Positions 1-10,615 of a stretch of 64,000 nucleotides of DNA are shown here, piece by piece. The position numbers and the translations under genes are program-made. Location of the stretch: the NCBI GenBank assembly GCA_023422005.1, contig JAEZSC010000004.1:16310-80309 (forward strand), in the 5' to 3' direction. Origin of the DNA: Bacillota bacterium (GTDB lineage: Bacteria > Bacillota > Clostridia > Christensenellales > UMGS416). Within the stretch, counting starts at the first letter, position 1. Every line of letters starts with the position of its first letter. Under the pieces are notes generated by a model, which was not told the origin of the DNA, made no database searches, and saw only the letters and a list, made by a program, of their open reading frames with translations.

Positions 1-1
1 A

Positions 2-505
2 CACGGCTGCGTGCCCTACCACATGGAGGCTGTCAGCGCCAAGCTTGTGGAAATGGGCATGGAGGTGCTGGAAGGCGAGGATTACCTGCGGGTCATCGGC
101 CACGGCAGACCCCGGCCGGTCAACATCAAAACTCTCCCGTATCCCGGTTTTCCCACCGATTTGATGCAGATTTTTTGTGTGCTGCTGAGCGTTGCCTCCG
201 GTGCGTCGATGATCACCGAAACGCTTTTTGAATCCCGATTCCGCTTTATAGACGAAGTGCGGCGCATGGGCGCCCTGGTGCGCATGGTGGATGACCGTGT
301 GGCCATCATCGAGGGTTGCGACAGCCTGTGGGGCGCGCCCGTCACCGCTACGGACCTGCGCGCCGGCGCGGCGCTCATCGTGGCCGGCCTGATGTCCGAT
401 GGCACCACGACGATTTCCAACATCAAGTTCATCGACCGCGGTTACGAGCGCATCGACGAAAAGCTCAAGGAGCTGGGCGCCGACATCGCCCGCGTTTACG
501 AATAA
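2..505 (+). CDS. murA: UDP-N-acetylglucosamine 1-carboxyvinyltransferase, C-terminal part (5' end outside window)
   Basis: Open from the window edge in this frame. Translation (LPYPGFPTDLMQ, RAGAALIVAGL, IDRGYERIDEKLKELGADI) matches the MurA C-terminal domain. Stop at 503-505. Confidence 0.85.
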   Translation, partial: HGCVPYHMEAVSAKLVEMGMEVLEGEDYLRVIGHGRPRPVNIKTLPYPGFPTDLMQIFCVLLSVASGASMITETLFESRFRFIDEVRRMGALVRMVDDRVAIIEGCDSLWGAPVTATDLRAGAALIVAGLMSDGTTTISNIKFIDRGYERIDEKLKELGADIARVYE

Positions 506-551
506 GCATAAAATACCAATCCCAAACGCACTCCATGATGAAAGGAATCGC

Positions 552-1529
552 ATGGACAGATCTTTTCTGCTGTCGGTCATCGTGCCGATGTACTTTGAGC
601 AGGCCGTGGCGCGGGAGTGCTACCGGCGCCTGACCGCCGTACTGGCGGGCCAGGGGTATGACTACGAGCTGCTCTTCGTCAACGATGGCTCCACCGACGA
701 AACGCTGGACATCCTCAAGGACCTGGCCGCCAAGGACGAGCGCGTGCGGGTGTTGAGCTTCAGCCGCAACTTCGGCCATCAGGTGGCCGTCACCGCCGGC
801 GTGGAACATGCCCGCGGCGACGCGCTGGTCATCATCGACGCCGACCTGCAGGACCCGCCGGAGCTGATCCCCGATATGGTGGCGCTTTGGCTGCAGGGCT
901 GGGAGGTCGTGTATGCCAAGAGAAAGAAGCGCAAGGGAGAAAGCGCCTTTAAGCTGCTGACCGCCAAGATGTTCTACAGGGTGCTGGGCTCGCTCACCGA
1001 TATCGATATTCCCGCCGACACCGGCGACTTCCGCCTGATCGACCGCAAGGTCGCCGACGCCTTCCTGCGGATGCCCGAGCGCAGCCGCTTCATCCGCGGC
1101 ATGATGGCGTGGCTGGGCTTCAAGCAGACCCCCATCGAATACGAGCGCGACGAGCGCTTCGCCGGGGAGACCAAGTACCCGCTGAAGAAGATGCTCAAGC
1201 TGGCATCCAACGGCATCCTTTCTTTCTCCACGCAGCCTTTGCGGCTGGTGTTGCAAATGGGCTTGGTAGCCGTCGTCATCAGCTTTTGTCTGCTGATCTA
1301 TGCCATCGTTTCCAAAGCCATGGGGACCGCCGAGGGCGGTTGGACCAGCCTTATGGTCGCTGTTACGTTCCTGGGCGGCGTGCAGTTGGTCAGCATCGGC
1401 GTGCTGGGCCAATACCTGGCCCGCATGTTTGAGGAGAGCAAGGCCCGGCCGCTGTATGTGCTCAGCGAAACGGTGAATCTGGACACGAAAGCTATGCGGG
1501 ATAGCGGCGCGGCAAGCGACGCTCTATGA
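552..1529 (+). CDS. GT2-family glycosyltransferase (polyprenyl-phosphate sugar transferase, GtrB/ArnC-like)
   Basis: ATG at 552 (MDRSFLLSVIVPMYFEQ). GT-A motifs VNDGSTDET and IIDADLQDPPE, plus two C-terminal TM helices. The 399 start in the ORF track overlaps murA and is unlikely. Confidence 0.8.
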   Translation: MDRSFLLSVIVPMYFEQAVARECYRRLTAVLAGQGYDYELLFVNDGSTDETLDILKDLAAKDERVRVLSFSRNFGHQVAVTAGVEHARGDALVIIDADLQDPPELIPDMVALWLQGWEVVYAKRKKRKGESAFKLLTAKMFYRVLGSLTDIDIPADTGDFRLIDRKVADAFLRMPERSRFIRGMMAWLGFKQTPIEYERDERFAGETKYPLKKMLKLASNGILSFSTQPLRLVLQMGLVAVVISFCLLIYAIVSKAMGTAEGGWTSLMVAVTFLGGVQLVSIGVLGQYLARMFEESKARPLYVLSETVNLDTKAMRDSGAASDAL

Positions 1530-1765
1530 GCAAAGCCGTCCGGCGTCAATAGACGGCGATGGATGTATCTCGGAGGTTTCGTCGAAACGGCGCTTCCTTT
1601 GCGGAACGCCTTGACGTGCATGAGAGCGCAGCGATACCATGGCGTCAGCCGGACGCATATTGCCCTGCCCATTGGTGTTGCTATCTTTTTTGCTATATAT
1701 CCATCCGTTAAATCCACCTAAACCCATCCAATGAAACCTGCCATCGCAGGAAGGAAAGGACCTTC

Positions 1766-3850
<2,085 letters not shown>

Positions 3851-3885
3851 TTGGAATGAACCAACTCAAAAGGAAACAGATAAAG

Positions 3886-3917
3886 AGAACTGTTGCATCG
3901 CAATAGTTCTTTTTATT
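3886..3917 (+). terminator. Rho-independent terminator downstream of rho
   Basis: 11-bp stem AGAACTGTTGC / GCAATAGTTCT (one G-T pair), 3-nt loop, then TTTTTATT. Confidence 0.6.
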
Positions 3918-3989
3918 ATACTTGAAAAGGATAGGCAGGAATTTACTGGCCTGCTCTGAAGTGCGTCTCATTTATATTAGCGGGGTATC

Positions 3990-4463
3990 ATGATGGAATA
4001 TAGGTTAGCCGATAGCCACGATACAAAGAGGCTGGCAGAAATGCGATGGGCGCATAAAAACGAGGATGAGCTTCTTGATAAAGGTGTACCTTTTGATGCC
4101 GCTGGACGTGAAGGTTATATCCGCGCCTGCTCGAATTTTTTGATACAAGCGTTACGGGAAGAATTTTCTTGTTGGGTGGCCGTGGATAATGAGGTTATTG
4201 TATCGCACATCTATGTTGTTAAAGTCAGAAAAGTTCCGAAACCTGGTAAATTGGATGGTGTATGGGGCTATGTAACAGCGGTCTATACAGTTCCGGAATA
4301 CCGAAATAATGGCATCGGAAGTGCTTTAGTGGATAGAGTTAAAGCATGGAGTCGCGAGAATGGCCTTGAAAATTTAATCGTTTGGCCCAGTGAGCGGGCT
4401 GTACCATTCTATGAGCGTTCGGGATTTAGCGGAGAGACGGATGTGCTGGAATTGCCGTTATAG
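3990..4463 (+). CDS. GNAT-family N-acetyltransferase
   Basis: 157 aa. Acetyl-CoA binding motif region YRNNGIGSALVDRVKAW and C-terminal FYERSGF, typical of GNAT. GC is lower than in the flanking core genes. Confidence 0.8.
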   Translation: MMEYRLADSHDTKRLAEMRWAHKNEDELLDKGVPFDAAGREGYIRACSNFLIQALREEFSCWVAVDNEVIVSHIYVVKVRKVPKPGKLDGVWGYVTAVYTVPEYRNNGIGSALVDRVKAWSRENGLENLIVWPSERAVPFYERSGFSGETDVLELPL

Positions 4464-4495
4464 TTGGTATATTCATCTGGTATGTCTTATAGCTC

Positions 4496-4630
4496 CAGTA
4501 TAAGCATAACAGTACGCTCGAGAGCGAGCTAACTTCGTATTGAGGTCTCTAGCTTTAAAGCAGGGGCCTCAATTGCGTGTTATGAACGGAGGTGGCCGGC
4601 TGAAGAGGGAGCGGGAGGTTCGTGTTATGA
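4496..4630 (+). repeat. Structured junction repeat, copy a
   Basis: CAGTATAAGCATAACAG...GAGAGCGAGCTAACTTCGTATTG. Hairpin TGAGGTCTC/GGGGCCTCA. Then AATTGCGTGTTATGAA, and a 44-nt second unit ending GGTTCGTGTTATGAA. Confidence 0.7.
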
Positions 4631-4663
4631 ATAGCGAGTTATCCGAGGTTAGGCAACAGAAAG

Positions 4664-4700
4664 AGCACAGCAGCGCGAAAGAACTGCTGTGCTTGTTTTA
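4664..4700 (+). terminator. Terminator-like hairpin nested in a 9-bp outer inverted repeat
   Basis: AGCACAGCAG / CTGCTGTGCT stem followed by TGTTTTA. Flanked by GTTAGGCAA (4648) and TTGCCTAAC (4710). It could instead be an end structure of the adjacent IS91-type element. Confidence 0.4.
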
Positions 4701-4913
4701 CATCTGCAATTGCCTAACGTTGGATAACTGCCATTGAACGAAACTGCGGTGAATGATATGCGGGCTATGGGGATTGAATCGTCGCCCTTTCCCAACATAC
4801 AAAGGCTTACAGCGTAATCGGATTGATTTGGAGAGTGAAAGATTGCTCATGGAGAAGGAAACAAGCTAAAATGAGCAAAGCTTCCCCCTCCCCAAGGCAG
4901 GGCTTGTGAGGAA

Positions 4914-6080
4914 TTATGCGGTTTTGGTACGCGCAGGTGGCGAATGCCCAATGGTATTGCGGGTAAACGGCTCCCAGTGCTGAGCAAAAGAGCGGCTTCC
5001 ACAAGCAGGGCATTTGCAGATGTCTCTGCCGAGCAGCTTGGAAATGAGTTCGAGGGTCGAAGCTTTTTTCTTTTTGCGGATGGCCGTGTGTGTCAACTGT
5101 TTGCATAGAATGAGCTTCTTTGATTTGTTCCGGTTACCCAGAAAGCCGTAATGCCGAATTTTCAAAAAGCCTTTGGGAAGAACATGAATAAGAAACCTTC
5201 GGATAAATTCATGGGCCTGCACGGTCATGACCTTCCACTGGCTGCCATCCTTGTAATCGCGCCACTTGAAGGAAACCATGCCATTCTCCATGGAGAGGAT
5301 ACGGTTGTTGGATATGGCGACACGGTGGGTGTAGCGGCCAAGATACTCGACAACACAGGCTGCGTCTTTGAATGGTGGCTTGCAGTAGACAATCCACTCC
5401 TTGCCGTAAAGAGAATCAATCAGGTTCCGAAAGGCAGGCTCATTTGACAGGTATTCCTGGGAACCGTGAAACTCTAGTTTGGCTTGTACGAGATCGTGAA
5501 GGAATTTGCCCCGAAACATCCTGGAGAGTACCTTGAATGGGATGAAGAACTTTTCCCGGCTGTTAACCCATTGGCCCAGGGCATTCTGGCCGCCACCGGG
5601 CACAATGCAATGGACGTGCGGGTGGTGCATTAGGTTCTGCCCCCAGGTGTGCAGCACACTGGTGAAGCCGATTCTGGCGCCGAGGTACTTCTTATCCAAG
5701 GCTAATTCTGAAAGGGTTTCGGCGGACGCTTTGAACAACAGATTGTACAGCGCGGTCTGGTTTTGGTAGACAATACCATTGAGCTCACTGGGCAAGGTAA
5801 ACACCACATGAAAGTAGCCGACATCCAACAGATTGTTTTTCTGGTTGTCAATCCACCGCTCTTTGGCCAGGGTCTGGCATTTGGGACAGTGGCGGTTGCG
5901 GCAGGAGTTGTAGGAGATTTTCGTGTATCCACATTCATTGCAGGTGTCGGTATGACCGCCCAGGGCTGCGGTTCTGCACGATTCAATGGCGGATATGACC
6001 TTGCGCTGTTCCGGTGATAACTTGTGTTCCTGCCGGTAAGAATCTCCATGGGCTAGAAATATGTCCTGAAGCTCAAGCAT
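4914..6080 (-). CDS. IS91-family (HUH/Y2 rolling-circle) transposase
   Basis: N-terminal zinc ribbon CNECG...CRNRHCPKC. HUH region LHTWGQNLMHHPHVHCIVPGGG. Tyrosine motif YLGRYTHRVAISNNRI. Confidence 0.85.
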   Translation of the reverse strand: MLELQDIFLAHGDSYRQEHKLSPEQRKVISAIESCRTAALGGHTDTCNECGYTKISYNSCRNRHCPKCQTLAKERWIDNQKNNLLDVGYFHVVFTLPSELNGIVYQNQTALYNLLFKASAETLSELALDKKYLGARIGFTSVLHTWGQNLMHHPHVHCIVPGGGQNALGQWVNSREKFFIPFKVLSRMFRGKFLHDLVQAKLEFHGSQEYLSNEPAFRNLIDSLYGKEWIVYCKPPFKDAACVVEYLGRYTHRVAISNNRILSMENGMVSFKWRDYKDGSQWKVMTVQAHEFIRRFLIHVLPKGFLKIRHYGFLGNRNKSKKLILCKQLTHTAIRKKKKASTLELISKLLGRDICKCPACGSRSFAQHWEPFTRNTIGHSPPARTKTA

Positions 6081-6963
6081 TGGCGAACACCTGCTGACGA
6101 GACTTCTCGGGATTGGTATTCATGGTATCCAATGGGCTGGGTGTCTGCAGTACATCGGTCTGGGCGACATGAAGATACCGCATTGTGCTCCACAGCGCGG
6201 AATGCCCAAGCAATTGCTGAATGTAGAGGAGGCTGGTTCCCGCTTCCAGAAGATGCGTGGCGTATGAATGTCGCAAGGTGTGCACGGTCGCATGAGGTGA
6301 GATGCCGGACTTTTCCCGATACTTTGCGAAGGCGTCTTCGATGCCCCTTCCGGTGATATGGGTAGTTCCCTGGCGGTTCAGAAACAAATATCCTTCCGGG
6401 TGCCGGGGCTTGTATTGTTTCCAATACTCACGCAATACGTCCAGGCAGGCTTGGGAAAGGACGGCATACCTGTCCTTCTTGCCCTTTGACTGTAGAATGA
6501 GCAGGCGCATGCGCTTGCTGTCCACATCTGCGATCTTCAGCCGGCCGGCTTCGCACAGCCGGAGACCTGAACCGTAGATGGTCATGAAGATGGCTCTGTG
6601 TTTCAAGTTGTCGATGGAATTGAAGAAACGCTTGATATCCTCGATTGTCATGCAACGGGTAAGGTGAACAGGGTCTCTCAACCGGGGTATGCGTTTGTAG
6701 TTGATATTCTGTTCCAATGTGATTTCGTAAAGAAACCGCAAGGCGCTATTGACGGTGTTGACCGATCCGGGCGACAGCTTTTTTTCATTGGAAAGGAAGA
6801 ACAAGAATTCTCGGATGTCCTGCACGCCAAGTTCTACCGCGGATTTGCCGTAGTGCTGCATGAACTGCTTTGCTCTTGAGCAATAACCCTGTTTGGTGTC
6901 GTCGCTCATTCCCCGTAGTTGCATATCTTTGATGAGCTTTTCCAGTACTTGCTCCTGGGTCAT
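6073..6963 (-). CDS. Tyrosine-type site-specific recombinase (Xer/phage-integrase family)
   Basis: SAM-like N domain. Catalytic-domain motifs GLRLCEAGRL, HTLRHSYATHLLEAG and LLGHSALWSTMRYLH. Overlaps the transposase start by 8 nt. Confidence 0.85.
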   Translation of the reverse strand: MTQEQVLEKLIKDMQLRGMSDDTKQGYCSRAKQFMQHYGKSAVELGVQDIREFLFFLSNEKKLSPGSVNTVNSALRFLYEITLEQNINYKRIPRLRDPVHLTRCMTIEDIKRFFNSIDNLKHRAIFMTIYGSGLRLCEAGRLKIADVDSKRMRLLILQSKGKKDRYAVLSQACLDVLREYWKQYKPRHPEGYLFLNRQGTTHITGRGIEDAFAKYREKSGISPHATVHTLRHSYATHLLEAGTSLLYIQQLLGHSALWSTMRYLHVAQTDVLQTPSPLDTMNTNPEKSRQQVFANA

Positions 6964-7053
6964 GGGGTATCCTCCTTTAAAAATGGGTGGGTTCCATTTT
7001 AAAGGGGGGCCAACTTTTCAATCTACGGGTGTGCTATTATAATTGCTGATTAC

Positions 7054-7106
7054 CTGATAACGTCGGCCTGTCTAGGCCACTGCGGCAGCAGTTTAGTTCT
7101 ATTAAC
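7054..7106 (+). repeat. Degenerate junction repeat, copy j (truncated by IS1182 insertion)
   Basis: CTGATAAC is the complement of GTTATCAG. Then a short hairpin GGCCT/AGGCC, GGCCACTG..GCAGCAG, and TCTATTAAC abutting the IS end. Confidence 0.35.
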
Positions 7107-8745
7107 CAAGCCGTGTGAAAACGTGGGTGGATATGAGCCTCAAACTGGGTTCGAGCTGACAATTCACGCTGCTTCAACGGACTTGACGCCCAAAAACAAA
7201 GAAGAAGAGGGTATCATTCCTGCATCCTCAGCACGAATTCCCGTACACCAACAATATGAATAGCCCGCTTCATATTGTAAGTCAGGAAGTGTAGCAGCGA
7301 TTCCACCCGGACACTGGCAGTTCTTCGGGTGAGGAAGTAGGAGTATCCCCAGGAGCGCTTCACAGTACCGAATGGATGCTCCGCCATCTGCTTTCGTTGC
7401 TGATACATTTCGGGATGTGCTTCTCTTCGCCGGTCCACTTCGTCAGCAATCCGCTGGAACTCTCGGTCTTGTATCGTTCGGCCTTCGGCTCCCAAGCTAC
7501 ACTTGTCTCTGGACTTGCAGTGCGCACAGGCTTCATAGTTGCGGTACCGACGAATTCCCTTGTACTTGGGATTCTCTTTCTTAGGCTGATAAGGTCTCAA
7601 CAGATGCCCTTCGGGACAAATGTAGCCATCGGCGGCCTCGTCGTATGTGAAGTGCTGCTTGCCGTATCCCCTGGTAGCCGCCATGTGGGAGTGATCGGCT
7701 TTGGAGACGATGGGAATGATGTTGTCATCTTTGCACTTGGCAAACTGTAAAGCTGAATAGTAACCCTTATCCGCAATGACGGTGATGGTATCTACGGCCA
7801 GTTCCTCTTTGGCCTGCAGGGACATGCTGTGAAGCTGCTCTTTATCTACTGGTTCGCTTGTAACGTCCACCGCCACAACAATATGAGCCTTTTCATCCAC
7901 GGCGATCTGGACATTGTGGCAGATGTCGCAGCCTTTATTGTTCATCTGCATCATTCGGGCGTCAGGATCGGTGGAATAGACGGTGCCATGCTCCTGTACA
8001 TGTTCCTTAAACCCGTCGAGTTCCGTCAGGCGTCGGTTGATGCTGTTGATTTTGGATTGTATTTCGGTCTTGTCTAGGGGTGCGGCCTGTTCATCCTTCT
8101 CCTGATGGTCGCAACTGTCCAGGAGTGTCAGGTATTGTTCGGCCAACTTATTGTAGTGCTCTATTTTCTTCTGTATCTTCTTCTCGCTGTGATATGCCAA
8201 TCGGCTGTTGCTGGCTCTGAACTTGCTGCCGTCGATGGCGACCATTTCTTTGCCCACCAGACCCAGCTCATCGCAGATCATGCTGAACTTTCGGAATGCC
8301 TGCTTAATAGCCTTTTTGTTATCCTTCCTGAAGTCAGCGATCGTTTTGAAATCGGGTCTCAACCCATTGACCAGCCACATAACCTCCATGTTTCTGTGGC
8401 ATTCCCGCTCGATCTTTCGGGAAGAGCGAATCCCATTAAAGTAGCTGTAGACATACAATTTGAATAGATCCACTGGGTCGTAAGGCTTTCTACCCGTTTC
8501 CTTGGTTTCGGCATGGATAAACCCCATGGTCGGGATACCCATGTTCTCCACGATTGCATCTAGTGCCCTGACTTCGCAGTTCTCTGGGATCAGCTCATCC
8601 AGACACATTGGCTGTAGTTCCAGCTGGTTTCTATCTTCGCCGGTTATGTATCTTCTCATCTTTTGTTACCTCGGAAGAAGATACTATAATTATATCAGGT
8701 CGATCATATGCATTGTGTCGAATACGGATGTTTTCACACAATCTC
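7107..8745 (-). mobile_element. IS1182-family insertion sequence, copy 1 (intact)
   Basis: Ends CAAGCCGTGTGAAAAC ... GTTTTCACACAATCTC (inverted GTGTGAAAAC cores). TAAC on both flanks (7103-7106, 8746-8749). Confidence 0.75.
7214..8659 (-). CDS. IS1182-family DDE transposase
   Basis: 481 aa. N-terminal MRRYITGEDRNQLELQPMCLDELIPENCEVRALD, typical of IS1182/IS5-like N domains, plus a DDE core and a C-terminal Cys-rich region. Confidence 0.85.
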   Translation of the reverse strand: MRRYITGEDRNQLELQPMCLDELIPENCEVRALDAIVENMGIPTMGFIHAETKETGRKPYDPVDLFKLYVYSYFNGIRSSRKIERECHRNMEVMWLVNGLRPDFKTIADFRKDNKKAIKQAFRKFSMICDELGLVGKEMVAIDGSKFRASNSRLAYHSEKKIQKKIEHYNKLAEQYLTLLDSCDHQEKDEQAAPLDKTEIQSKINSINRRLTELDGFKEHVQEHGTVYSTDPDARMMQMNNKGCDICHNVQIAVDEKAHIVVAVDVTSEPVDKEQLHSMSLQAKEELAVDTITVIADKGYYSALQFAKCKDDNIIPIVSKADHSHMAATRGYGKQHFTYDEAADGYICPEGHLLRPYQPKKENPKYKGIRRYRNYEACAHCKSRDKCSLGAEGRTIQDREFQRIADEVDRRREAHPEMYQQRKQMAEHPFGTVKRSWGYSYFLTRRTASVRVESLLHFLTYNMKRAIHIVGVREFVLRMQE

Positions 8746-8861
8746 TAACAACCTCTGAATATTGAGCGGTCACTTGATGAACCGTTGGCAATATTATAGA
8801 ATGCCTATAACATGAAGTTTTGAACTGCCGAATATTTTAGTTTTGTAAGGCGGCGAAAAAC

Positions 8862-9176
8862 ATGATGGCAAGAAGGATTGGATTAGGAACTATATCATTA
8901 CTTTTGATCATCTTGGGTATCTTGTGGTCTATTTCATTGGGAGGCTTTAGAGGCGTTTGTCTTGGTGATAATGTGCTGGGCTATTTGGGTCTTAAGGCAT
9001 GGTCAAATGGAACTGACGGTATACATCTTACGGTTTATTATTCTCTGATATTTTACATATCTGCCTTTATTGTAGCAGTAAAAAATAAAAATGATCTTGG
9101 AGCCAGAGTTGGGAAAACAGTATCTTTGATAATTGGAGCAGTACTTGTTTTCACTGTATTCGGGCTTGCAGTATAA
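8862..9176 (+). CDS. Small hypothetical membrane protein (3 predicted TM helices)
   Basis: 104 aa, hydrophobic segments, low GC. The stop codon lies inside the 5' arm of repeat copy b. Confidence 0.5.
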   Translation: MMARRIGLGTISLLLIILGILWSISLGGFRGVCLGDNVLGYLGLKAWSNGTDGIHLTVYYSLIFYISAFIVAVKNKNDLGARVGKTVSLIIGAVLVFTVFGLAV

Positions 9177-9289
9177 GCATAACACATACCCGAAGATTGA
9201 GGCCCCCGACGTAGAGACGGGGGCCTCAATTGCGTGTTATCAGCGCAGTGGCCATCTGGAATGGTAATCTGAATTGCATGTTATTAACA
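9171..9289 (+). repeat. Structured junction repeat, copy b
   Basis: GTATAAGCATAACACATACCCG. 12-bp stem ATTGAGGCCCCC/GGGGGCCTCAAT. Then TGCGTGTTATCAG, spacer GGCCATCTGGAATGGTAATCTGAA, and TTGCATGTTATTAACA. Confidence 0.8.
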
Positions 9290-9308
9290 CACTTGGGTCA
9301 CTTCACAA

Positions 9309-10475
9309 TTATGTTTCACGATACTGTTTGGGTGTCATACCGGTCTGTTTCTTGAACACGTTTTGGAAATAACTCTGCGAGGAAAAGGCCAGATCGTCGC
9401 TGATTCGTGCGACGGGCTTGTCGGTGATATGGAGCAGCCGCTTCGCTTCCTCCAGTTTCAAGTCGGTGATGAAGTCAACCAGCGTCCTGCCACTTTTCTG
9501 CTGAAATACCTTGCACAGATACGTACGGTTCATTCCCAATGCGGAAGCAATCTCGCCGGTTGTAAGCTTTTTATCCAGGTTGGCGTTGATGTAACGCATG
9601 ACCGATGTAACAAGTTTTGACTTCCCTGCGCACTTCATCCCTTCCACGCGGGTGGCAAAGTCCAGCAGCATCCGCATACCCAGCACGGAAAGCGTGTTGG
9701 TATCGTTGAGCAGCTCCGCTTTCTGGATGTAAAGATCGCTCAGCGAGAAGGCAGTATGTTGTGAAAGGCCACCTTCGATGGCGGCGCGGCTGGCCAGCGT
9801 GGCCGTGCAGATCAGCGTGTTCTTGGCCTGGCGCACGTCGTCGTGGGCGATTCGCCCGGCTCGGCCGGTGGGCGGTTGGGCGAACATCTGCTGCAGGGCC
9901 TGCACCTGACCAGCTGCGATGTGAGATAACAACTTCTTCTCCATCAAAAAGGTGTTGTGTATGTCTGCGCCGGAGAACTCCTCTTCGATAGGCACCGGCT
10001 GAGGGAGCGGCAAAGGTATTGGAGAAGCCATATCCTGTTGCAGTAAATCCAACACCGTGATCTTTTCACCGTTGAGCGCGTAGTTTAAGAAACACAGGAT
10101 CTCTAAAAAGCTCTCCAGCGGATAACCCGGCGTACTTTCCAGGTAGCCGGTCAGCTCGGGCAGGCGTCTCTGGGGCTCCCCCAGCTCATGCAGTATGGCA
10201 AGTTTTTGTTCACGGCTGGGCTGTATGCGAAACGATGGCCCGATGATAAGCATGCGATTGTCCGCGGGGATCTTCAGTGCACCAAAATAGAGATGCGCTG
10301 TATCGGTATAATAGAGAGTGCGGGTACATGCATAGATTCTCTCCAGCACCGATTGCACCGGATCCGGGGAGAACTCGACGTTTCGATAGCAATACAGAAG
10401 TGTATTCCCTTCATATACGCGGGTCTGCAGTCCTGACAGATGCCCCAGGTTTTCACAGAGATATTCGTAGTCCAC
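9309..10475 (-). CDS. AraC-family transcriptional regulator
   Basis: C-terminal double HTH (LTTGEIASALGMNRTYLCKVF ... FSSQSYFQNVFKKQTGMTPKQYR). Divergent from the rhamnosidase gene. Confidence 0.8.
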   Translation of the reverse strand: MDYEYLCENLGHLSGLQTRVYEGNTLLYCYRNVEFSPDPVQSVLERIYACTRTLYYTDTAHLYFGALKIPADNRMLIIGPSFRIQPSREQKLAILHELGEPQRRLPELTGYLESTPGYPLESFLEILCFLNYALNGEKITVLDLLQQDMASPIPLPLPQPVPIEEEFSGADIHNTFLMEKKLLSHIAAGQVQALQQMFAQPPTGRAGRIAHDDVRQAKNTLICTATLASRAAIEGGLSQHTAFSLSDLYIQKAELLNDTNTLSVLGMRMLLDFATRVEGMKCAGKSKLVTSVMRYINANLDKKLTTGEIASALGMNRTYLCKVFQQKSGRTLVDFITDLKLEEAKRLLHITDKPVARISDDLAFSSQSYFQNVFKKQTGMTPKQYRET

Positions 10476-10615
10476 TTTGCTATGCCCGTGCCTTTTATTT
10501 CTGATATTACAATTTTACAGACTATATTACAAGATAAAAGTATTGAAAAATCCCTATACTAATAGGCGTCAGAAAGAAAGCAACATGCGACATCAATATG
10601 AAGCAGAGGTGCGCA

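Larger units (their letters stand above)
4740..7053 (-). mobile_element. IS91-family element carrying a tyrosine recombinase plus HUH transposase (ends not determined)
   Basis: The two overlapping genes below. Boundaries are only bracketed by repeat copy a on one side and the degenerate copy j / IS1182 on the other. Confidence 0.3.

Noticed and set aside
399-551. N-terminal extensions suggested by the ORF track: GT2 from 399, MinD-like from 21210, membrane protein from 61528, DUF134 from 21919, SBP from 36248.
   Set aside because: The extensions overlap the preceding genes or lack an RBS. Internal starts have good Shine-Dalgarno sequences and give canonical N-termini (signal peptide, lipobox, Walker A spacing, MPRPRK).
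4561-4630. Roughly 44-nt periodic units ending in GTGTTAT (also at 28773-28857 and 53141-53247) could look like a tiny CRISPR array.
   Set aside because: Each site has only 2-3 units. The conserved part is an 8-12 nt motif rather than a 25-40 nt perfect repeat, the intervening sequences are themselves conserved between loci, and no cas genes are present.
6073-9289. A classical integron (IntI, attI, Pc, attC with a GTTRRRY core).
   Set aside because: The recombinase is short (296 aa) and coupled to an IS91 transposase. I cannot see an IntI-specific insertion. The core here is GTTAT.., not GTTRRRY, and many modules are multi-gene, carry their own regulators and lie on the opposite strand. Only an analogous, non-classical system is proposed in the findings.
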